NCBI GenBank assembly: GCA_016181005.1
Contig: JACPAE010000001.1
Span: 179,885-243,884, forward strand
Source: Candidatus Aenigmatarchaeota archaeon
GTDB lineage: Archaea > Aenigmatarchaeota > Aenigmatarchaeia > CG10238-14 > SCSR01
Direction: 5' to 3'
DNA: 64,000 bases
Part shown: positions 57,097 through 64,000 of the stretch, piece by piece
Layout of the letters: each line of letters opens with the position of its first letter
How positions within the stretch are numbered: the stretch's first letter is position 1
Translations under genes and position numbers: made by a program
The notes under the pieces: generated by a model
What the model was told of the DNA's origin: nothing
The model's database searches: none
Seen by the model: the letters and a program-made list of their open reading frames with translations, nothing else

Positions 57097-58041
57097 ATGT
57101 ATTTATATCATTGTGCAATCGATTTATTAATTATGTTCGATAAGACCATCTTGATAAACAAGGTAATAAATGCCCTGCAGGACAACGGCTACGAGACTTT
57201 TGTCACTCACGGCTCTTTCGACATTGTCGCAAGGCAGGACAGGCTGATTCTGATAAAGACTCTGATGAACATAGACAGCCTTGAAGAGTCGCATGCAATG
57301 GACTTGAAAGCTGTTTCCTATTTTCTGTCAGCCCACCCTTTCATAGTTTCAATCAAAAACAACCGGGAGCATCTGAATGATGAGACAGTCTATTCAAGGT
57401 TCGACGTGCCTGTCGTCACGCCCAAATTAATGAGGGTAATGCTAGAAGACGACGAATTGGTAGTCTCGCACTCTTCAAAGGGAAGGCACACGCAGGAAAT
57501 CAACACTTTTACCTTGAAGGAGAAAAGGAAGGAATTGGGCTATACCTTGCAAGTTCTTGCAAAGCAGATCGGGATTTCCAAGAAGGCGATGTACGAGATT
57601 GAAAAGAAGAGGGTGAATCCGCAGAGAGAGAATGCACATGCATTAGAGCGGCTGTTGGGAACAGAGCTGGCATTGCCATATGAGATGAAATTTGAAGAGC
57701 CTACCTATATCAGGCCAAAAACAGTTTTCCAGAAGATTGTCAGCAGGGAGTTCGCAAGGCTGGGAATAGACAATTCAACTGTCAGGTCAGCGCCCTTCGA
57801 AATTATCGGAAGGGAAAGTTTCTCTATTATCACCAATTTGTCAACAACACCTTCAGAGATTAAAAAGGAGATTGAAGAAGTGAGGGGTCTGGCAAATGTG
57901 TTCTCGTCAAAGACAGTTCTTATTTCCAAGAGATATGTGAGGACTTGTGTCGAGGGCATACCTGTCGTCTCGGAGCAGGAACTGTCAGAGTTGCAGTCGT
58001 CGAAAGAGCTGTCCGAAATTATAGATGAAAGGACTTACTAA
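57097..58041 (+). CDS. COG1395-like archaeal transcriptional regulator with XRE-type HTH
   Basis: 314 aa. HTH LGYTLQVLAKQIGISKKAMYEIEKKR. True start is probably the internal MFDKTILINK. Confidence 0.55.
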   Translation: MYLYHCAIDLLIMFDKTILINKVINALQDNGYETFVTHGSFDIVARQDRLILIKTLMNIDSLEESHAMDLKAVSYFLSAHPFIVSIKNNREHLNDETVYSRFDVPVVTPKLMRVMLEDDELVVSHSSKGRHTQEINTFTLKEKRKELGYTLQVLAKQIGISKKAMYEIEKKRVNPQRENAHALERLLGTELALPYEMKFEEPTYIRPKTVFQKIVSREFARLGIDNSTVRSAPFEIIGRESFSIITNLSTTPSEIKKEIEEVRGLANVFSSKTVLISKRYVRTCVEGIPVVSEQELSELQSSKELSEIIDERTY

Positions 58042-58100
58042 AGAAGAAAAATCCTATCAACTAGCAACAATTAAATAGTTGATGTTTAAATGAGTTACTT

Positions 58101-58694
58101 ATGGACAGATTTAATCCAGAACAATTTCCTTATTTGCTGAAGTTGCTTGAACTGCACGGTGGCAACTACCCTATTGCTATAGGTATGTATTACGGTTTGG
58201 CTAGAGTTATAGGAACATATCCTAGAAGGTCGAAAGTTTTAACGCCTGATGGTATACGAGAAGTGGTCACTGGTAGTGACATTGAAGTCAAAAATTGGAT
58301 TGATGCTACTTTACAAGATCGCATAGCTGAGATAGGAGTAACTGCATTAACTGGGACTCTCTTGAATAGAAGTTATCCACAGTCTCAATTTGAAAGAGAA
58401 TTAAGAAGATTGGTAGAAGTAAATAGACAAACTAAATCCAAAGTTTTAACCTTTTACCTAACACATGATGGAATGATTTATTATAAAACTGTTCCATACA
58501 ACCCATCCCGCGTTAGCATGTTTAGAGTTTCACAAGAAGAAATTCAAGATGCTGAACATGTAATAAAAACAATTAAAGTCGCTGAGTACTTTCCTAAGAG
58601 GGATGATGCAGGGGGTCTAATTAGTGAAGATGGTTATGTGATAGATACCCCAGTTTTCGAAAGCAAATTTGGCGAATTAAAATTACAAGAATGA
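58101..58694 (+). CDS. Hypothetical protein
   Basis: 197-aa ORF. Confidence 0.3.
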   Translation: MDRFNPEQFPYLLKLLELHGGNYPIAIGMYYGLARVIGTYPRRSKVLTPDGIREVVTGSDIEVKNWIDATLQDRIAEIGVTALTGTLLNRSYPQSQFERELRRLVEVNRQTKSKVLTFYLTHDGMIYYKTVPYNPSRVSMFRVSQEEIQDAEHVIKTIKVAEYFPKRDDAGGLISEDGYVIDTPVFESKFGELKLQE

Positions 58695-58819
58695 TTTTTA
58701 GATTGTCAATCGGCTTGCAACAGTTAAATTTTCAACCTTTCCTACAACAGAACCTAAAACCGTAAAACTTAAATATGTGTATGTAGGTATATCTTATCTG
58801 TTAGTTTATTTGGTGAACC

Positions 58820-60460
58820 ATGGCAAACGCAATGATAGGTCAATTGGGAGGTCAGCCTATATTAATTCTTCCAGAAGGAGCTATGAGATCCACAGGCAAG
58901 GACGCGCAGAGAAATAACATTGCTGCTGCAAGGGCAGTTGCAGACGCTGTAAGAACAACTCTCGGCCCAAAGGGCATGGACAAGATGCTTGTCGATTCCA
59001 TAGGAGACATTGTCATAACGAACGACGGGGTCACAATTTTGGAGGAAATGGACATCGAGCATCCTGCCGCAAAGATGATGGTAGAGATTGCCAAGACGCA
59101 GAACGAGGAGGTAGGCGACGGAACTACTACCGCGGTAATTATTGCCGGCGAGCTGTTAAAGAAGGCAGAGGATTTGCTTGAACAGGAAATCCACCCTACA
59201 GTTATCACAAGAGGCTTCAGGCTGGCAAAGGACGAGACGTTGAAAATTTTGGAGCAGATTGGCAAGCCCGTCTCTATTGACGACACTGAAAGCCTTAAGA
59301 AAATCGCAATGACTTCGATGTACGGCAAGTCCGCTGAAAAGGCTTCGGCGCATCTGGCCACTGTAGTTGTCGATGCGATAAAGATGGTTGCCGAAAAGAA
59401 CAACGGAAAGATCCAGGTCGATTCGGACAACGTAAAAAGGGAAAAGAAGCATGGCGGAAGCTCGGAAGACACTGCCCTGGTAAGGGGCATTGTTGTCGAC
59501 AAGGAAGTAGTTCATCCGGCAATGCCTAAGACAGTAAAGGAGGCAAAGATAGCACTTTTGGATGTGGCACTGGAAGTAAAGGAGACAGAGACCGATGCGG
59601 AAATCAGGATAACATCACCAGATCAAATGCAGGCCTTCATAGAGCAGGAGCAGAAGATGCTCAAGGACATGGTTGAGAAAGTTGTCAAGTCTGGAGCAAA
59701 TGTTCTCTTATGCCAGAAGGGGATTGACGATGTCGCCCAGCATTATTTGGCAAAGAAAGGGATACTGTCCTGCAGAAGGGTGAAAAAGTCGGATATGGAG
59801 GCATTGGCCAAGGCGACTGGCGGAAGAATAATTTCAAACTTGGACGACCTGTCGACTGAAGACTTGGGTTATGCAAAGGTTGTGGAGGAAAGAAAGGTCG
59901 CAGGAGAGTCGATGACTTTTGTTGAAGAGTGCAAGGATCCAAAGGCGGTAACAATTTTGGTCAGGGGCTCTACAGAGCATGTTGTCGATGAGATTAATAG
60001 GAGCATAGAGGATGCAGTCGGTGCTGTGGCTTCGGCGCTGGAGGAGGGCAAGATCGTGGCAGGAGCGGGCTCTCCAGAAGCAGAGGTCTCCAACAGGCTG
60101 AGAAAGTTTGCAGAAAAATTCTCCGGAAGGGAGCAGCTGGCGATAAAGGCGTTCGCGGATGCAGTAGAAGTTGTTCCAAGAAGCCTGGCCGAGAACGGCG
60201 GATTGGACCCGATTGACACTTTGGTTGAATTAAGAGCAGCGCATGAGAAGGGGAATGTAACTTACGGCGTTGACTTGACCAATGGCAAAATCAGCGACGC
60301 ATTTACAGCTGGAGTCATCGAGCCGCTGAAGGTCAAGACGCAGGCAATAATGTCGGCCGGAGAGGCTGCAGAAATGATTTTGAGAATCGACGACGTAATA
60401 ACTGCTGGAAGGCTTGAGAAGGGGCCTTCAATGCCCTCTGGAATGGACCACGAAGAGTAG
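58820..60460 (+). CDS. ths: Thermosome subunit (group II chaperonin)
   Basis: 546 aa. [18 protein letters not shown] and GDGTTT motifs. Confidence 0.95.
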   Translation: MANAMIGQLGGQPILILPEGAMRSTGKDAQRNNIAAARAVADAVRTTLGPKGMDKMLVDSIGDIVITNDGVTILEEMDIEHPAAKMMVEIAKTQNEEVGDGTTTAVIIAGELLKKAEDLLEQEIHPTVITRGFRLAKDETLKILEQIGKPVSIDDTESLKKIAMTSMYGKSAEKASAHLATVVVDAIKMVAEKNNGKIQVDSDNVKREKKHGGSSEDTALVRGIVVDKEVVHPAMPKTVKEAKIALLDVALEVKETETDAEIRITSPDQMQAFIEQEQKMLKDMVEKVVKSGANVLLCQKGIDDVAQHYLAKKGILSCRRVKKSDMEALAKATGGRIISNLDDLSTEDLGYAKVVEERKVAGESMTFVEECKDPKAVTILVRGSTEHVVDEINRSIEDAVGAVASALEEGKIVAGAGSPEAEVSNRLRKFAEKFSGREQLAIKAFADAVEVVPRSLAENGGLDPIDTLVELRAAHEKGNVTYGVDLTNGKISDAFTAGVIEPLKVKTQAIMSAGEAAEMILRIDDVITAGRLEKGPSMPSGMDHEE

Positions 60461-60556
60461 CTAAATTCCATAGGTATGTAAGTAACGGCTAATTCTTGTA
60501 AAAAATTCCTAATTAAAAAGCTTTTATCCCACACTTCCAAATAATAATAAGACACC

Positions 60557-61000
60557 ATGCCACGAAGAGACGACGAAGTGGAGCTTCCTTATTCGCCAGT
60601 GAAAAGATGGGAAAGAAGATTTGACACAAGCCGCCATGGAGACTCCAACCATGAATTCTTCCGGGAATTGATCTCGATAATCAGGATGAACCAGGAAATT
60701 GTCGACGAGATGGTCAGGGCCAACGACGCCTTGAGGATAGAGCTGTCCAGACTGCCAGCAAGACTGGAGGAAGTCGCAAAGAACATCAACGAGTTGATAG
60801 GCTACATAAAGGCGGCTGCTGCGGACGACAAGGGAACACCTGCAGAATCGGCGGAGGTAACCGGCAAAGTGGATCAGCTGATAGAGCTGAATAAAAAGCT
60901 GCTAGAAGCAAACGAGAACATCAATGCAGTGCTTGATTCTATAGAAAAGAAGCTAAAGCGCCCTCTACCGCCACCGGCATTTAGACCGCTAGTTAGATAA
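60557..61000 (+). CDS. Coiled-coil protein, hypothetical
   Basis: 147 aa, immediately upstream of the pilin genes. Confidence 0.3.
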   Translation: MPRRDDEVELPYSPVKRWERRFDTSRHGDSNHEFFRELISIIRMNQEIVDEMVRANDALRIELSRLPARLEEVAKNINELIGYIKAAAADDKGTPAESAEVTGKVDQLIELNKKLLEANENINAVLDSIEKKLKRPLPPPAFRPLVR

Positions 61001-61022
61001 GAAGAAAAATGCAATTAATTTT

Positions 61023-61667
61023 ATGAAGGGAGTAACTACAATCATCGCAGCTATAATCATAGTTGCAATTTCGGTAGGCCTCACGTCCACAGCCTACATT
61101 TGGGGCAGGCCGCTGATAGAAAAGCGGCAGGAGACGACCGTGACTGAAACGGTTTTCTCAAAGTTCAGCCCTGACAACCCGAGCTCTCTGCCGAAAATTA
61201 TAGAAGACGTGGCGAACAACAGAGGCGTAAGAACGTTCACCGTAAATGCAGACGGGATTTGGAAATTAGACGAAGGCGAAGATTCCATCGCGTTTACCTT
61301 CACAAGCAAGACGTCGAACATAGCGATAGGCACGTCCAATCCAATCTCGCTGACCGCCGGCGTCCAGTGCGCCCCGAAACCATCCCCTGCAAACGGCACT
61401 ATCGGCCGTGACAGCTCTTCTGTCGTCTGCGCTAACGCGACATCCGGTGATGTCTTCTCGATAACTTACAAAATCTACTTCCGCGAGCTTTACGACAACC
61501 CGCTCAGCCCGACAGCAAAAGGCTTCAAGATAGACTTGCTTAAAGACCCCACAGGGCTTACAGTGTCGTCCGGAAGGACGGTGAAAATCATCTTTGACGA
61601 CAGCCAGGAGCAGGCATCAGGCAGTGTAACCTTAATTACAAAGAAAATAAAAATCTTACTTATATGA
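61023..61667 (+). CDS. Archaeal type IV pilin-like protein (class III signal peptide)
   Basis: MKGVTTIIAAIIIVAISVGL is a class-III-signal N-terminus. Confidence 0.65.
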   Translation: MKGVTTIIAAIIIVAISVGLTSTAYIWGRPLIEKRQETTVTETVFSKFSPDNPSSLPKIIEDVANNRGVRTFTVNADGIWKLDEGEDSIAFTFTSKTSNIAIGTSNPISLTAGVQCAPKPSPANGTIGRDSSSVVCANATSGDVFSITYKIYFRELYDNPLSPTAKGFKIDLLKDPTGLTVSSGRTVKIIFDDSQEQASGSVTLITKKIKILLI

Positions 61668-62086
61668 AAAAATCCCAGACGCTTGTCGTGCAGTTCGTAA
61701 TCTTCGTCATCATGGGCCTAACTTTTTCACTGGCCGCGGCCGGCTTGCTAAGGATGCAGTCTGACTTTATAAAACAGGATATATTGGATTCTGCGACCGA
61801 GCTTGTAGCAGAGCAGGTGTCCGCGAATGCAATAATGGCGACATCTTCATGCAAGTCGTGCGAGCAAGTAAGCCTGAAGTTCAATGTAAAAAGAATAGCG
61901 GATTACTCGCCGATTATAGGGCTTGGTGCAGATTTGACTGTGTCAGTTGAGCCGGAAAACAAAGTGGTTGTATCCACCCTCCACAATCTCAAGTATTCGG
62001 TTATTTACAAGCCCGGTTCGGCATCCACGATAAAACCCATAAATTTAACGTATGAAAAAACCAAGAATAATTTAGTGGTATCATGA
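61664..62086 (+). CDS. Second pilin-like protein
   Basis: MKKSQTLVVQFVIFVIMGLTF N-terminus. Overlaps the previous gene by 4 nt. Confidence 0.45.
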   Translation: MKKSQTLVVQFVIFVIMGLTFSLAAAGLLRMQSDFIKQDILDSATELVAEQVSANAIMATSSCKSCEQVSLKFNVKRIADYSPIIGLGADLTVSVEPENKVVVSTLHNLKYSVIYKPGSASTIKPINLTYEKTKNNLVVS

Positions 62087-63804
62087 AAAGGTCTTCTCTC
62101 GCCTTCAAAAAATTGGTAGAAGGGTACAAGAAAACACATATGCGAGAGGCAGAATTCATAATAGGTCCAGGCTCGTTTCCGTTATCTATGCAAGCTGCCC
62201 CGCAGCAGCAGGAGGAAGAAAAGCCGAAAGAAGTAGAAGGATTCTCTATACCGCACTTTCAAAAAGGCGCTGTCAAGATAGGTTCCTTGGAAGCCGCGGA
62301 AGAGGGGCTGCCACTCTCTATATCATATCCTTTGATTCCCAGGCATCCGTCGAAAGGCGAGCCCATCTTCGCATATGCGAAGATTTCTTGGGATGATAAA
62401 AACAGCAGGTACTTTTACAATCTAGTGGAGCCCGTCCTGACGCCCAAGATTGCCGATGTTTACGGAAGAATAAAAGAGATGCTGGAGCAGCGTCTTAACG
62501 TAGACTTTACAAAAATCAAGAAAATTGAGGCGAAGAAGTTTCTCAACGAACAGATCAACGATATCATAAAGGTCTTCAACTTTGCGATTACGCCGGGCGA
62601 GAGGACCATATTAAAGTACTACATACAGCGCGACTTTATCGGGCTTGGCGCACTTGAGCCGCTGATGCGCGACCCCAACATCGAGGACATCAGCTGCGAC
62701 GGCGTCGGCATACCAGTTTTCGTGTTCCATAGGAACACTGGAATAGGATCGATAGCGACGAACATAGTTTTCAACGACCCTGATGAGTTGGACTCCTTTC
62801 TGATGAGGCTGGCGCAGTTGAGCGGTAAATCAATTTCGGTCGCAAGCCCGTTGCTCAACAGTATCCTTGTGGACGGTTCGAGAATCCAGGGCACGCTCGG
62901 GACCGACATCGCCAGAAGAGGCAGCAACTTTACCATAAGAAAGTTCACAGAAGAGCCTTTGACACCGGCCCATCTTATGAACTACGGAACAGTCGATTCC
63001 ACGCTGCTTGCATACCTATGGTTCGTTGTCGATTACGGAAAAAGCGTTCTTGTCTCCGGCGGAACAGCAACCGGCAAGACTTCATTGCTGAATGTGATAT
63101 CGCTTTTCATCAGGCCTGAAAAGAAAATTGTCAGCATCGAGGATACAGGCGAATTAAGGCTGCCGCATTCGCACTGGGTGCCGTCTGTGGCAAGGACTGT
63201 GATAAGTGCGGAAGGCAGCGGGGAGATAGGAATGTTCGAACTCCTGAGAGAGAGCCTGAGGCAGAGGCCCGACTATATAATAGTAGGCGAGGTAAGGGGC
63301 AAGGAAGCCTACATTCTTTTCCAACAGATGTCGACGGGCCATCCGAGCCTTGGAACAATACACGCGGAAAATATGGAAAAGTTAATCGACAGGCTTACGA
63401 CAGCGCCTATATCGCTTCCCCCGGTGCTGATAAGCAGCTTGGACGTCGTCCTGTTTCTGGCGAGGCTGAGGTACAGGGGCAAGTTCGCAAGGAAAGTGGT
63501 GGAAGCTGTGGAGATGATTGATTTCAATATGGAAAAGAACAAGCCCAATGTCAACTATGTATCCAAATGGAATCCAAGAACAGACAAGTTCGATATCCTG
63601 AACAAAAGCATCCTCTTGAAGCAGATTGCCGACATGGGCGGCCTTGCCGAAAAGGACATAAGGGACGAGATTGAAAGGAGGATACTTATACTTGAGTGGA
63701 TGAAGGCAAGGAACATTGTGAACTACAAGGATGTCCATAAGATACTGGCCTATTATTATGCAAACCCTGAAAAATTATTGTATGCGATTCAAGGTGCAGC
63801 ATAG
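62083..63804 (+). CDS. Type II/IV secretion-family ATPase (archaeal pilus/archaellum assembly ATPase, PilB/FlaI-like)
   Basis: 573 aa. Walker A GGTATGKTSLLN, Asp/His boxes. Confidence 0.88.
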   Translation: MKRSSLAFKKLVEGYKKTHMREAEFIIGPGSFPLSMQAAPQQQEEEKPKEVEGFSIPHFQKGAVKIGSLEAAEEGLPLSISYPLIPRHPSKGEPIFAYAKISWDDKNSRYFYNLVEPVLTPKIADVYGRIKEMLEQRLNVDFTKIKKIEAKKFLNEQINDIIKVFNFAITPGERTILKYYIQRDFIGLGALEPLMRDPNIEDISCDGVGIPVFVFHRNTGIGSIATNIVFNDPDELDSFLMRLAQLSGKSISVASPLLNSILVDGSRIQGTLGTDIARRGSNFTIRKFTEEPLTPAHLMNYGTVDSTLLAYLWFVVDYGKSVLVSGGTATGKTSLLNVISLFIRPEKKIVSIEDTGELRLPHSHWVPSVARTVISAEGSGEIGMFELLRESLRQRPDYIIVGEVRGKEAYILFQQMSTGHPSLGTIHAENMEKLIDRLTTAPISLPPVLISSLDVVLFLARLRYRGKFARKVVEAVEMIDFNMEKNKPNVNYVSKWNPRTDKFDILNKSILLKQIADMGGLAEKDIRDEIERRILILEWMKARNIVNYKDVHKILAYYYANPEKLLYAIQGAA

Positions 63805-64000
63805 TGGGATTTTACACAAGGACGTCATTCAGGATTTTCGGAATGTTCAGCGACAACTTGGGTATTTTTTTTCCCGAGCTGGGGGACGACATCAAGCGCG
63901 CCGGGATGCAGATTTCAACTGACGAGTACATCAGCATAGGCGTGATGACTTCTGCATTGGTGCTTCTTCTCGAGGTGCCGTTGCTCTCTTTCATCTTCGG
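63805..64000 (+). CDS. Partial TadC/FlaJ/PilC-like membrane platform protein (5' end only)
   Basis: GTG start immediately after the ATPase stop. Hydrophobic N-terminus VGFYTRTSFRIFGMFSDNLGIFFPELGDDIKRAGMQI... runs off the window. Confidence 0.45.

Noticed and set aside
1-64000. CRISPR array or cas operon
   Set aside because: No regularly spaced direct repeats were seen. The only Cas-like gene is a solitary Cas4-family nuclease with no cas1/cas2 nearby.

Overview
This window is an archaeal chromosomal segment, about 43-45% GC by eye. Its architecture is euryarchaeal: rpoB is split into B'' and B' parts, and aEF-2, a thermosome and an archaeal CCA enzyme are present. The core is the conserved RNA-polymerase/str cluster on the minus strand: rpoH, rpoB'', rpoB'+rpoA' (read here as one ORF), rpoA'', rpl30e, nusA, rps12, rps7, fusA, tuf, rps10, cmk. 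Housekeeping genes around it include gltX, rpl7ae, tfs, xerA-like, purA, guaB, map, a rhomboid protease, ogg, lig, trmB, dapA/dapB, thrS, cca, rnz and the thermosome. RNA genes are a standalone 5S rRNA with an insertion and four tRNAs (Gln-CTG, Tyr-GTA with a 39-nt intron, Ile-TAT with a 25-nt intron, and an Ala-like tRNA with about 30 extra nucleotides in the anticodon arm), plus a 127-nt tRNA-like element. A type IV pilus-like locus sits at the 3' end, and an AT-rich accessory island (about 12.2-19.2 kb) carries VapBC, several wHTH regulators, small membrane proteins, a repeated promoter-proximal AAAGTGAGAGTT motif and iteron-like repeats. No CRISPR array is present. Several essential genes show frame anomalies: a B'-A' fusion with no stop, EF-2 and a Cas4-like gene lacking start codons and lying in frame behind TAG stops of the upstream ORFs, and ThrRS in two overlapping frames. 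These are either real recoding or fusion events, or indel errors in the assembly. I could not run any searches or folding; all calls rest on reading motifs and frames by hand. My hand-derived coordinates may be off by 1-2 nt, whereas coordinates taken from the ORF track are exact.
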